Shown here one piece after another: positions 1 through 9,685 of a DNA stretch of 64,000 bases. The stretch is from an uncultured Actinomycetes bacterium. GTDB lineage: Bacteria; Actinomycetota; UBA4738; HRBIN12. The notes under the pieces were generated by a model. That model ran no database searches and had not been told where the DNA came from. It saw only the letters and a list, made by a program, of their open reading frames with translations. Within the stretch, counting starts at the first letter, position 1. The number at the start of each line of letters is the position of its first letter. The stretch lies in assembly GCA_963778545.1 (NCBI GenBank), contig CAVZUW010000003.1, forward strand, positions 26,365 through 90,364. The letters run 5' to 3'. The position numbers and the translations under genes are program-made.

Positions 1-198
1 GTAGGTGAGGAACCGCACGTTCTTCACCGTGACCGGCGCCGTCGAGACGGCGGAGGAAAGGATGGCCTCGCGGGCGGCGTCGGCGTAGATCGGCCCGGCG
101 ACCAGCACGCCGATCGTGAAGCCGAGCGTGACCACGATCGCCAGACCCAGCAGACGCTGGGCGAAGAACCGCTTCAGCAGGAACCGCAGGGTCGCCAT
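1..198 (-). CDS. ABC transporter permease (FtsX/MacB-like), N-terminal 66 codons only; the gene runs off the window edge
   Basis: Reverse translation from ATG (196-198) gives MATLRFLLKRFFAQRLLGLAIVVTLGFTIGVLVAGPIYADAAREAILSSAVSTAPVTVKNVRFLTY, a typical FtsX-family N-terminal TM helix. Absent from the ORF track because truncated. Confidence 0.5.
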   Translation of the reverse strand, partial: MATLRFLLKRFFAQRLLGLAIVVTLGFTIGVLVAGPIYADAAREAILSSAVSTAPVTVKNVRFLTY

Positions 199-323
199 GA
201 CAGCACGAACGCCGCCGAAAAGAGGCGGCGAGTCACTCGATGATACGCTGACCCGGCGGGCCCGAGATGGGCCGCGGAACCCACACCGAACGCCCCCCGA
301 AGAGCGCGACAGGAGCCTCCGAG

Positions 324-1484
324 ATGGACCGTCCCGAGATCATCCTGGCCCCCGGCCCGACCCCGATCCCGCCCGAGGTGCTGCTCGCGCAGGGGAGCCC
401 GCTCGTGTACCACCGGGGTCCGGGGTTCGGCGGCCTGATGCGGGACGTGACCGCCCGGTTGAAGGAGCTCTACCGCACCGAGAGCGCCGACGTCTTCCTG
501 ATGACCTCGTCGGGGACGGGCGGGCTCGAGTCGGCGGTCCAGAACGTGTTCTCGCCGGGGGACGAGGTGCTGGTGCCGCTCGCCGGGTTCTTCTCGGAGC
601 GCTGGAGCAAGCTCGCGGAGGCGCACGGCCTGGTCGTTCGCAAGCTCGAGTACGAGTGGGGTCGCAAGATCGTTCCCGAGGAGGTCGCGGCCGCGCTCGC
701 CGAGCATCCGGTCAAGGCCGTCCTGCTCACGCACTCCGAGACCTCGACCGGCGTGATCCAGCCGATCCGCGAGCTCGCCCGCGTCGCGAACGAGGCCGGC
801 GCGCTCGTGGTCGTGGACGTGGTCTCGAGCCTGGGAGCGGTGCCGTTCGCGTTCGACGAGTGGGGGATCGACGTCGCGGTCGGCGGCTCGCAGAAGGCGC
901 TGTCCGCGTCGCCCGGGATCGCGTTCGTCGCGATCTCGCAGCGCGCGTGGGCGATGCACCGCACCGCGACCATGCCCCGCTTCTACTTCGACTGGTCGAT
1001 CTACCGGGAGTTCGCCGAGCGCAAGGATCCCGAGAACCCGTGGACGCCGGCGATCAGCGTGATGCAGGGTCTGCACGCGGCGCTCGAGCTCTACTTCCAG
1101 GACGGCGTCGACGTCGCGCTGGAACGCCACCGAACGCTCTCGCGCGCGGTCAAGGACGGCGCGCAGGCGCTCGGGCTCGACCTGTTCGGGGAGGGCCTGG
1201 ACGACAACTGGACCGTCACCGCGATCCGCGCGCCCGAGGCCGCGGACGCCGACACGATCAGCGACCGGATGCGGTCGGACTTCGGCTGCGTGATCGCCCC
1301 GGGGCAGGGACCGCTCAAGGGGACCGTGTTCCGGATCGGGCACTTCGGGTACTTCAGCGAGCTCGACATCGTCCGGGGTCTGGCCGCGCTCGAGATGACG
1401 CTCGAGCGGCTCGGGCACCCGGTCAAGCGCGGCGCGGCCGTCGGCGCGGCCGAGGGCGTCTTCCAAGACGCGTTCGGCGCCTGA
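324..1484 (+). CDS. Class V PLP aminotransferase (phosphoserine / serine-glyoxylate aminotransferase type), directly upstream of serA
   Basis: ORF 267-1484. Internal ATG at codon 20 (MDRPEIILAPGPTPIPPEVL...) matches the N-terminus of class V aminotransferases. GGSQKAL (Lys) motif present. Adjacent to serA. Confidence 0.75.
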   Translation: MDRPEIILAPGPTPIPPEVLLAQGSPLVYHRGPGFGGLMRDVTARLKELYRTESADVFLMTSSGTGGLESAVQNVFSPGDEVLVPLAGFFSERWSKLAEAHGLVVRKLEYEWGRKIVPEEVAAALAEHPVKAVLLTHSETSTGVIQPIRELARVANEAGALVVVDVVSSLGAVPFAFDEWGIDVAVGGSQKALSASPGIAFVAISQRAWAMHRTATMPRFYFDWSIYREFAERKDPENPWTPAISVMQGLHAALELYFQDGVDVALERHRTLSRAVKDGAQALGLDLFGEGLDDNWTVTAIRAPEAADADTISDRMRSDFGCVIAPGQGPLKGTVFRIGHFGYFSELDIVRGLAALEMTLERLGHPVKRGAAVGAAEGVFQDAFGA

Positions 1485-1520
1485 CGCTGGAGCGAGCGGA
1501 GCCGTGCGGGTGGGCGGGTC

Positions 1521-3104
1521 ATGAGGGTCCTGGTCACCGAGAAGCTGTCCGACGCGGGTCTCGATCTCCTCCGTAAGGACTTCGAGGTGGATGTGCGTCC
1601 CGAACTCGCGACCGAGGGCCTCCCACGAGCCATCGCGCCGTACGACGCGCTCGTCGTTCGGTCGCAGACGCAGGTCACCTCGGACGTGATCCAGGCGGGC
1701 GACAACCTCAAGGTCGTCGCGCGCGCGGGGATCGGGCTCGACAACGTCGACGTCGACGCCGCGACGCGACGCGGCGTGATGGTGGTGAACGCGCCCTCGT
1801 CGAACATCGTCTCGGCCGCCGAGCACACGATCGCCCTGCTGCTCGCGCAGGCTCGGAACATCCCGCAGGCGCACGAGGACCTGAAGCAGGGCCACTGGGA
1901 CCGCGCGAAGTGGCAGGGCGTCGAGCTCCAGGGCAAGACGCTCGGGATCGTGGGGCTCGGGCGCGTGGGGGCGCTCGTCGCGCAGCGGAGCGTCGCGTTC
2001 GGGATGCGCGTGATCGCCTACGACCCCTACGTGCCGCGCGAGCGCGCCAAGGAGATGGGCATCGAGCTGATGCCGAGCCTCGAGGCGCTGCTCGTGCAGT
2101 CGGACTTCGTCACGATCCATCTGCCCCGCTCGCCCGAGACCGAGGGTCTGATCGGGGAGCGCGAGCTCGCGCTCGTGAAGGAGGGCGCGCGGCTGGTGAA
2201 CACCTCGCGCGGCGGGATCGTCGACGAGCAGGCGCTCGCGAAGGCGCTCGAGGAGGGCCGGGTCGCCGGCGCCGCTCTCGACGTGTTCGAGCACGAGCCG
2301 CCGCAGGACTCGCCGCTGTTCGGGTTCGAGCAGGTGGTGACGACCCCCCACCTGGGCGCCTCGACGGCCGAGGCGCAGGACAAGGCCGGGACCTCGGTGG
2401 CCGAGATGGTGCGCCTGGCGCTGAACGGCGAGTTCGTCCCGTACGCCGTGAACGTCTCGGCCGCCGCGGAGGTTCCCGAGCTCGTCCGCCCGTTCCTCCC
2501 GCTCGCCGAACGCCTCGGAGCGCTCCTCACCGGCCTCGCCGAGGGCGCGGTGAGGACCGTGCAGGCCCAGTACCTCGGCCGGATCGGCGAGGCGGACACG
2601 CGGGTGCTCACGCTCGCGGTGGTCAAGGGCGTGCTTCGGGGCGTCGTGCACGAGCCCGTGTCGTTCGTGAACGCGCCGATCATCGCGCGCGAACGCGGGA
2701 TCGCGATCAGCGAGATGCGCTCCTCGGTCTCGAGCGACTACGTGAACCTGATCTCGGTGACGGCCGAGACCGACCAGGGCGAGGTCTCGGTCGCGGGGAC
2801 GCTCGTCGGCAAGCGCAACGACCAACGCGTCATGCACGTGAACGGCTACGACATCGAGATGGCGCCGGCCACCAACATGCTGTTCTTCGAGTACGAGGAC
2901 CGTCCCGGGGTGATCGGCACGGTCGGCACGATCCTCGGCGAGCACGAGGTCAACATCGCGACGATGGACGTGGGTCGCGCGTCTCGCGGCGGAACCGCAT
3001 TGATGGGGCTCACGCTCGACAGCCCCGCGGGTCAGGACGTGATCGACGAGATCACCTCGTCGATCGGCGGCCGAGCCGCGAGGTTCATCGTCCTGCCCGA
3101 CTGA
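1521..3104 (+). CDS. serA: D-3-phosphoglycerate dehydrogenase, long form with ASB and ACT domains
   Basis: 527 aa. NAD-binding GIVGLGRVG motif, 2-hydroxyacid dehydrogenase catalytic motifs and a C-terminal ACT domain. Confidence 0.9.
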   Translation: MRVLVTEKLSDAGLDLLRKDFEVDVRPELATEGLPRAIAPYDALVVRSQTQVTSDVIQAGDNLKVVARAGIGLDNVDVDAATRRGVMVVNAPSSNIVSAAEHTIALLLAQARNIPQAHEDLKQGHWDRAKWQGVELQGKTLGIVGLGRVGALVAQRSVAFGMRVIAYDPYVPRERAKEMGIELMPSLEALLVQSDFVTIHLPRSPETEGLIGERELALVKEGARLVNTSRGGIVDEQALAKALEEGRVAGAALDVFEHEPPQDSPLFGFEQVVTTPHLGASTAEAQDKAGTSVAEMVRLALNGEFVPYAVNVSAAAEVPELVRPFLPLAERLGALLTGLAEGAVRTVQAQYLGRIGEADTRVLTLAVVKGVLRGVVHEPVSFVNAPIIARERGIAISEMRSSVSSDYVNLISVTAETDQGEVSVAGTLVGKRNDQRVMHVNGYDIEMAPATNMLFFEYEDRPGVIGTVGTILGEHEVNIATMDVGRASRGGTALMGLTLDSPAGQDVIDEITSSIGGRAARFIVLPD

Positions 3105-3343
3105 CCGCGGAACGTTCGCGTTCGGCGTCCTTCGCTTGTGACGTTCGTCACACCTGCTTCCTTCGCACGGGCTCCGCTGTTACACTCCGTCGATCATGAG
3201 GCGACTCCAGGTGTCGTTCGGGAGCAGGAAGACGGGTCTCATCCCGTTCTTCATCGCGGCCGTCTAGCGGTCGCAACCCCCGCCTCTCCGGCGGGACCCC
3301 GAACCACCGTCCCTCGATCCAACCGAGCAACAGGAGTCGTCCG

Positions 3344-4600
3344 ATGCGCACCTACTCACAACCTCGCAGCGCCGTCCGAAGGCTCGCCCTCGCACGCCTG
3401 ATCTCGATCACGGGCGGCGCGGCCGCGTTCGCGGCGCTGAACTTCACCGTCTACGAGCGGACCGGCTCGGCGGCGTGGCTCTCCGCGTCCCTGCTGCTCA
3501 CGTTCGGGGTGTCCGGCGTGTTCGCGCCGCTCGGCGGGATGCTGGGCGACCGGTTCGACCGCAAGCGCGTGATGATCGCGTCCGATCTCGCGGGCGCGGC
3601 ATGCTTCCTCGCGCTGGCGTTCGTCCACGAGCCGGTGCTGCTGATCTCGCTGGGGTTCGTCGCGGCGGTCGTCGAGGCGCCGTTCTGGTCCGCCTCGGCC
3701 GCGGCCGTCCCCAACCTGGTCGGCAAGGACGACCTCGCGTGGGCGAACGGCCTGCTCCAGGTCGGAGGGAACGCGGGGATCATGCTCGGTCCAGCGCTCG
3801 GAGGCGTGCTGCTCGCGGCGATCGGGCCGGGGATGGTGTTCGGCCTGAACGCGTTCTCGTTCGTCGTGTCGGCCGCGATCATCGCGACCGTCTACGGACG
3901 GTTCGCGGAGGATCGCACGGAGCACGACGACGAGCACCGGGGGTTCCGGGCCGGCTTCGTGTTCATCGCGCGTGACCGCGTGCTGCGCACGATCGTGCTC
4001 GCCTGGGTGGCGCTCGTGTTCGGGATCGGCCTCGCGATGGTGGCCGACGTGCCGCTCGCGGAGCTGTTCGGGTCGGGCTCGACCGGCTACGGGTTGATGA
4101 TCGGCGCGTTCGGCGCCGGGTCCGTGATCGGGTCGCTCGCCGGGCGCAAGCTGCACGAGCGCAACGAGGCGCGCGCGCTGATCCTCGGCACGATCGTGAT
4201 GGGCGCCACCACGGCGGGCATCGCGCTCTCTCCCTGGTTCCCGCCGATCCTCGCGCTGCTCCTCGTGTGCGGGGCGGCCGACGCCGTGATCATGATCGCC
4301 GACCGCAGCATCCAGCAGCGTCGGACGCCCGACGCGGTCCGGAGCCGCGTGGTGGGCGCGTCGGAGGCGATGATCGACATCGCACTCTCGATCGGGTTCG
4401 TCCTGGGAGGTCCGGCCGTCGCGGCGCTCGGCCCGAGGGCCACGTACGCGATCGGGGGAGCGTGCGGCCTGCTCGGCGCGGTGGTGCTGGTGCCCGTGCT
4501 GCGCGCCTCGAAGCGCGCGAGCGCGGCCGCGGCCGAGGTCGAGGACGTGCGGGAAGCCAACGAGGCGGACGAGCGCGTCGTCGCTCGGGTCGCAGGCTAG
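3344..4600 (+). CDS. MFS transporter (paralogue 1 of 3 in tandem)
   Basis: 418 aa with 12 predicted TM helices. GDRFDRKRVM motif in loop 2-3. AGGAG RBS upstream. Confidence 0.8.
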   Translation: MRTYSQPRSAVRRLALARLISITGGAAAFAALNFTVYERTGSAAWLSASLLLTFGVSGVFAPLGGMLGDRFDRKRVMIASDLAGAACFLALAFVHEPVLLISLGFVAAVVEAPFWSASAAAVPNLVGKDDLAWANGLLQVGGNAGIMLGPALGGVLLAAIGPGMVFGLNAFSFVVSAAIIATVYGRFAEDRTEHDDEHRGFRAGFVFIARDRVLRTIVLAWVALVFGIGLAMVADVPLAELFGSGSTGYGLMIGAFGAGSVIGSLAGRKLHERNEARALILGTIVMGATTAGIALSPWFPPILALLLVCGAADAVIMIADRSIQQRRTPDAVRSRVVGASEAMIDIALSIGFVLGGPAVAALGPRATYAIGGACGLLGAVVLVPVLRASKRASAAAAEVEDVREANEADERVVARVAG

Positions 4601-4617
4601 ACGGAGGTCGGGGGGCG

Positions 4618-5832
4618 GTGGACACTCAGCCGGTGACCGCCCCCCGATCCGCCGTTCGAAGGCTGGCGACCGCCCGGTTGATCTCGATCACGGGCGGGGC
4701 CGCGGCCTACGCGGCGCTGAACTTCACGATCTTCGAGAAGACCGGTTCGGCCTCGTGGGTCGCGCTGTCGCTGCTGCTCACCTTCGGCGTCCTGGGGTTC
4801 ATCGGGCCGCCGGCAGGCATCCTCGGCGACCGCTTCGACCGGCGGAAGGTCATGATCGCCTCGGAGCTGGCCGGAGCGGTGTGCTTCGGGATGATGGCGC
4901 TCTCGTCCGAGCCATCCTGGCTCCTGACGTGGGCGTTCCTGTCCGCGGTCGCGGAGGCGCCGTTCTTCTCGGCCTCCGAGGCGGCGATCCCCAACGTCGC
5001 CGGCCCCGAGCTCACGACGTGGGCGAACAGCCTCGTCAGCGCGAGCCGGCTCTCCGGGATCGCGGTCGGCCCGGCGCTCGGCGGGGCGCTGCTCGCGGTG
5101 TCGAACAACCCCGACCTCGTGTTCGGCGTGAACGCGGTGTCGTTCGTCCTGTCCGCGTTGATCATCATGAGCGTCCGCGCTCGATTCTCGGGGGAGCGAG
5201 GCGACGAGGAGTTCGGCGGGCTGCGGGCCGGCTTCCGGTTCCTTCGCCACGACCGCGTCCTGCGAACCCTGCTCTTCGCGTGGGTCGTGTTCATCTCCGG
5301 GATGGGGATGTCGATGGTCGCGGACGCCCCGTTGGCCGCGGTGTTCGACGCCGGGTCGTTCGGGTTCGGACTGCTGATCACCGCGTGGGGAGGCGGCTCG
5401 GCGATCGGGTCCCTGATCGCCAAGCGCATGCGGGAGGGGAGCGAGGGGACCTGGCTCGTGCGCGCGGGGATCGTGATCGCGGCGACCGGCATCGGCATCG
5501 GCATCTCGCCGTGGTTCGGCCTGGCCCTGGGGCTGATGTTCGTCATGGGCCTGGCGGACGGGACGACGATCGTCGCCGAGACCAACCTTCGGCAGCGACG
5601 GGCGCCCGACGCCGTTCGCAGCCGGGTCTCGGCCGCCTTCATGGGCGTGATGCACGTGATGCTTGCGTTCTCCTACGTCGTCGCTGCGTTCGTGGTCCCG
5701 TGGCTCGGGCCGAAGCCCACCTACCTGATCGGCGGCACGACGGCCGGGCTGGCGGTGATCGTGCTGATGCGGATGCGGCGGTACCTCGAGCTCGATGAGG
5801 CCGCGCGGCTCGAGGGTTCCGAGGCGACATGA
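4618..5832 (+). CDS. MFS transporter (paralogue 2)
   Basis: GTG start after a GGAGG RBS, 18 nt past the paralogue-1 stop. N-terminus VDTQPVTAPRSAVRRLATARLISITGGAAAYAALNF parallels paralogue 1. GDRFDRRKVM motif. Confidence 0.75.
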   Translation: MDTQPVTAPRSAVRRLATARLISITGGAAAYAALNFTIFEKTGSASWVALSLLLTFGVLGFIGPPAGILGDRFDRRKVMIASELAGAVCFGMMALSSEPSWLLTWAFLSAVAEAPFFSASEAAIPNVAGPELTTWANSLVSASRLSGIAVGPALGGALLAVSNNPDLVFGVNAVSFVLSALIIMSVRARFSGERGDEEFGGLRAGFRFLRHDRVLRTLLFAWVVFISGMGMSMVADAPLAAVFDAGSFGFGLLITAWGGGSAIGSLIAKRMREGSEGTWLVRAGIVIAATGIGIGISPWFGLALGLMFVMGLADGTTIVAETNLRQRRAPDAVRSRVSAAFMGVMHVMLAFSYVVAAFVVPWLGPKPTYLIGGTTAGLAVIVLMRMRRYLELDEAARLEGSEAT

Positions 5833-7034
5833 CCGCCCCCCGCGCGGCCGTCCGGCGCCTGGCGCTCGCGCGCTTGATCTCGGTCACCGGGAGCGCGGCG
5901 GCGTACACGGCGCTGATGTTCGAGATCTACGACCAGACCGGTTCGGCGGTGTGGCTCGCGGCGGCATTGCTCGTCACCGAGGGCGTGAGCGGCGCGGTCG
6001 GGCCCTTCGCGAGCGTGCTCGGGGACCGGTTCGACCGCCGCACCGTGATGATCGTGTCCGACCTGGCGGCGGCGGCCTGCTTCGCCGGCATGGCGTTGGT
6101 CGCCGAGTCACCCGGCCCGCTGGTGCTGATCGCGTTCCTGTCCGCGCTCGCCGAGGCGCCCTTCTGGCCGGCCTCGAGCGCGGCGATCCCGAACCTCGTT
6201 CCCCAGGACCAGGTCAGCTGGGCCAACAGCCTGGTCGCGATCGGCCGCAACGTCGGGATCATGGTCGGGCCGGCGATCGGCGGGATCCTGCTCGCGCTGG
6301 TGGGAGCGCCGTGGGTGTTCGCGATCAACGCCGCGTCGTTCGTGCTCTCCGCGATGCTCGTCGTCTCGGTGCGCGCCGACTTCGCGGGCGACCGAACCGA
6401 CGAGGCAGAGCACCACGGGATCTGGGCGGGCTTCCGGTTCCTGGTCCGCGAGCCGGTCCTGCGGAGGCTCTCGGTCGCGTGGATCGTCCTGGTCCTCGGG
6501 ATCGGGATGGCGATGGTCGCCGACGTACCGTTGACGGACCTGTTCGATGCCGGGTCGGCCGGGTTCGGGCTGATGATCGGGCTCTGGGGCGCCGGGTCGG
6601 TGCTCGGCTCCCTGGCGGGACGCTGGCTCACGCCCCAGACCGAGCTGCGATGGCTCGTGCTCGGGACCGCGTCCGTCGCGTGCGTCGGCGTCGCGATCGC
6701 GCTCTCGCCGTGGTTCGCGCTGGTCCTCGCGCTGAACGTCGCCTGGGGCATCGGCGACGGTCTCACGAGCGTCGCCGAGGAGAACATCCTGCAGCGGCGA
6801 ACGCCCGACTCGGTCCGCAGCCGGGTGCTCGGTGCCGTCGAGGGCCTGTTCCATGGGGGGCTGGCCGTCTCGTACATCGCGGCCGCATTCGTCCTGCCGG
6901 TGGTCGGCGCGCGCGGGATGTACGCGATCGCGGCGGTGGCCGCCGGGCTCGCGGTGCTCGTCCTGCTGCCTCTGCTGGCGCGCGGCGCGGAGCTCGGCAC
7001 CGAGGCTGCCGCGACCGCCGAGACCGCACCATGA
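5829..7034 (+). CDS. MFS transporter (paralogue 3)
   Basis: 401 aa. ATGA start/stop overlap with paralogue 2. Same N-terminal and GDRFDRRTVM motifs. Confidence 0.8.
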   Translation: MTAPRAAVRRLALARLISVTGSAAAYTALMFEIYDQTGSAVWLAAALLVTEGVSGAVGPFASVLGDRFDRRTVMIVSDLAAAACFAGMALVAESPGPLVLIAFLSALAEAPFWPASSAAIPNLVPQDQVSWANSLVAIGRNVGIMVGPAIGGILLALVGAPWVFAINAASFVLSAMLVVSVRADFAGDRTDEAEHHGIWAGFRFLVREPVLRRLSVAWIVLVLGIGMAMVADVPLTDLFDAGSAGFGLMIGLWGAGSVLGSLAGRWLTPQTELRWLVLGTASVACVGVAIALSPWFALVLALNVAWGIGDGLTSVAEENILQRRTPDSVRSRVLGAVEGLFHGGLAVSYIAAAFVLPVVGARGMYAIAAVAAGLAVLVLLPLLARGAELGTEAAATAETAP

Positions 7035-7041
7035 TGGTCGC

Positions 7042-7584
7042 GTGGAACCGCTGAGCGGGCACCTGCTGATCGCCGGGACCTCCCTCCTGGACCCGAACTT
7101 CCGCCGCGCGGTCGTCCTGATCGGTCACCACGACGACGAGGGCGCGGTCGGGGTCGTGTTGAACCGCGCGAGCGAGGTCGAGGTCGCCGTGGCGGTGCCG
7201 CCGCTCGCGAGCCTGGTGGAGCCGGGCGACCGGCTGTTCATCGGTGGGCCGGTCTCGTCGCAGTCGGCGGTGGTCGTGGCCGATTTCGAGAACCCCGAGG
7301 CGGCCGAGGTGGTGGCCTTCGACTCGGTGGGGTTCCTGCCCGAGGAGGCCGACGCCGCGTCGATCGGCGGCCTCCGGCGGGCTCGGGTGTTCGCCGGCTA
7401 CGCCGGGTGGGGCGCCGGCCAGCTCGAGGCCGAGCTCGGCGAGGGCTCGTGGATCACCGAGCGCGCCCTCGCGACCGACGTGTTCACGGACGACCCCGAC
7501 GCGCTGTGGGCCGATGTGCTCCGCCGCAAGGGTCCGGAGTACCGCCTGATGTCGACGATGCCGTTCGACCCGGACCTCAACTAG
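7042..7584 (+). CDS. YqgE/AlgH family protein (UPF0301)
   Basis: GTG start 7042 (VEPLSGHLLIAGTSLLDPNFRRAVVLIGHHDDEGAVGVVLNR...). Conserved LLDPNF and GYAGWGAGQLE motifs of the family. Confidence 0.7.
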   Translation: MEPLSGHLLIAGTSLLDPNFRRAVVLIGHHDDEGAVGVVLNRASEVEVAVAVPPLASLVEPGDRLFIGGPVSSQSAVVVADFENPEAAEVVAFDSVGFLPEEADAASIGGLRRARVFAGYAGWGAGQLEAELGEGSWITERALATDVFTDDPDALWADVLRRKGPEYRLMSTMPFDPDLN

Positions 7585-7625
7585 CGGCTAGGCTCGCGCA
7601 CCGTCCACCGAGCAGGGGAGCAACG

Positions 7626-8783
7626 ATGGCGTCCGAGACGTTCACGTTCTACGTCCAGCCCTGGTACCGGAAGTCGCCGTACTTCGAGGCGACCAAGCGA
7701 CACGGCTGCAAGAGCTGGGGCCTGTACAACCACATGCTGCTGCCGACCCTGTACGACGACCCGGTCACCGAGTACGAGGCGCTGCTCCACGACGTCACGC
7801 TGTGGGACGTCGCCGTCGAACGGTGCGTCGAGGTCAAGGGTCCGGACGCGTTCGACCTCGTGAACCTGGTCACCTGCCGCGATCTCACGAAGGTCCAGCC
7901 GATGCAGGCGCGCTACGTGCTGCTCACCGCGCCGTGGGGCGGCATCGTGAACGACCCGGTGCTGCTGCGTCTGGATCGGAACCGGTTCTGGCTGGCGCTC
8001 GCCGATTCGGACGCGCTGCTGTACCTGGCCGGCGTCGCGGGCGCGCGGGGGATGGACGTCGCGATCTTCGAGGCCGACGTCGCGCCGATGCAGATCCAGG
8101 GCCCGCGTTCCAAGGACCTGATGCGCGACCTGTTCGGCGATGCGGTGGCCGACCTCCGGTACTACTTCTGCGCCGAGGCCGAGGTCGACGGCATCCCCGT
8201 GGTGATCAGCCGTACCGGATGGACCGGCGAGGTCGGCTACGAGCTCTATCTCCAGGACACCAGCCGCGGCGACGAGCTCTTCGAGCGCGTGTTCCAGGCG
8301 GGAGAGCCGCACGGGATCCGCGTGATCGCGCCGAGCGAGGCGCGGCGGATCGAGGCCGGGATCTTCAACTACGGCTCGGACATCAGGGTCGAGGACACCC
8401 CGCTGCACGTGAGCGGGCTCGAGAAGTTCGTCGAGTGGGATCAGGAGGCGGACTTCCTCGGCCGCTCGCGGCTGGAGGAGATCCGCGACGGCGACCTGCT
8501 CGACCGCAAGCTCGTCGGGATCGACATCGGGGGCGAGCCCATGACCGACGAGGGCGCGCTCAACGACTTCTGGCCGTTGGTCAAGGGCGAGGCCCGGCTC
8601 GGCAGGGTGACCGCGGGCGCCTGGTCCCCCCGGCTCGAACGCAACATCGGCTACGCGTGGGTGCCGATCCGGTGGGAGGCGCCCGGTTCCGGGTTCGAGG
8701 CCGAGACGCCGCGGGGGCGGGTCCCGGTCACGGTCGCCGGGCTGCCCTTCGTCGACCCGTCCAAGGACATCCCGAAGTCGTAG
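7626..8783 (+). CDS. Aminomethyltransferase family protein (GcvT / DmdA-like folate-dependent demethylase)
   Basis: ATG 7626 after a GGGGAG RBS. 385 aa with GcvT fold motifs (TGWTGEVGYELY, GRVTAGAWSP). Confidence 0.8.
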   Translation: MASETFTFYVQPWYRKSPYFEATKRHGCKSWGLYNHMLLPTLYDDPVTEYEALLHDVTLWDVAVERCVEVKGPDAFDLVNLVTCRDLTKVQPMQARYVLLTAPWGGIVNDPVLLRLDRNRFWLALADSDALLYLAGVAGARGMDVAIFEADVAPMQIQGPRSKDLMRDLFGDAVADLRYYFCAEAEVDGIPVVISRTGWTGEVGYELYLQDTSRGDELFERVFQAGEPHGIRVIAPSEARRIEAGIFNYGSDIRVEDTPLHVSGLEKFVEWDQEADFLGRSRLEEIRDGDLLDRKLVGIDIGGEPMTDEGALNDFWPLVKGEARLGRVTAGAWSPRLERNIGYAWVPIRWEAPGSGFEAETPRGRVPVTVAGLPFVDPSKDIPKS

Positions 8784-8794
8784 CCTCGGACGTC

Positions 8795-9581
8795 ATGAGC
8801 GACTCGATCCGGTTCGACACCGCGGCCGGTCACTACGACACGACCCGGGCGATCTCCGACGAGTCGATGGAGCGCACGATCTCGCTCCTCGCCTCCGAGC
8901 TCCGGGACCGCGGCCGCGGTGCTCGAGGTCGGGGTCGGGACCGGCCTGCTCGCGCTCCGGCTCCACGATGCCGGGATCCCCGTCTCGGGCCTCGACCTGT
9001 CGGCCCCGATGATGGCCAAGCTCGTCGAGAAGGCGGGCGGCGAGCCACCGTTCCCGCTCGTGCTCGGCGACGCCACGAACATGCCCTTCGTGGATGGAGG
9101 GTTCGGCGGCGCGTACCTGCGGTGGGTGCTGCACCTGATCCCCGACTGGCGGGGCGCGCTCGCCGAGATGGCGCGGGTGGTACGTCCCGGGGGCGTGCTG
9201 GTCGTGTCGCTGGGAGCGTTCGACGAGGTGAGCACGGCGGTGCGCGCTCGGTTCTCCGAGATCACCGGCGTGTCGACCGATCCCGTCGGCCTGATGTGGG
9301 ACAACCACGACGAGCTCGACGCCGAGCTCGAACGGCTCGGCGGGCGGCTCCGCCTCCTCCCCCCGATCCCCGAGGAGGAGGAGGAGACGCTCGGATCGTT
9401 CCTGGACTGGATCGAGGAGGGTCGATGGTCCTGGACCTGGCACGTCCCCGAGGACGCTCGCCGCGACGCCGTCCGGCAGCTCCGACCCTGGGCCGCGGAG
9501 CGCTTCGGCCCGCTCGACGAGGTCGAACGCTACGAGCTCGAGACCGTGTGGCACGCGTACGACCTGCCCGGCGGAGGCTGA
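8795..9581 (+). CDS. Class I SAM-dependent methyltransferase with a +1 frameshift near 8905-8920
   Basis: N-terminus MSDSIRFDTAAGHYDTTRAI...ASELRDRG is in frame 2. Core VLEVGVGTGLLAL...(motif I)...VVRPGGVLVV is in frame 0 (ORF 8919-9581). A single base shift joins them. Confidence 0.7.
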
Positions 9582-9685
9582 ACCCGGACCCTGACCAGCC
9601 GCTATCCTGTCGCAACCGGGCCGAGGCCCCAGGAACCGATCGAGACCACGAACCAGAACCACGACCGCTCCGAGGAGGCTCCGAG

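Noticed and set aside
174-2945. 923-aa minus-strand ORF spanning serC-like and serA
   Set aside because: Antisense open frame typical of 70% GC DNA. Arg/Gly/Asp-rich, no domain signal, and fully overlapped by two well-supported plus-strand genes.
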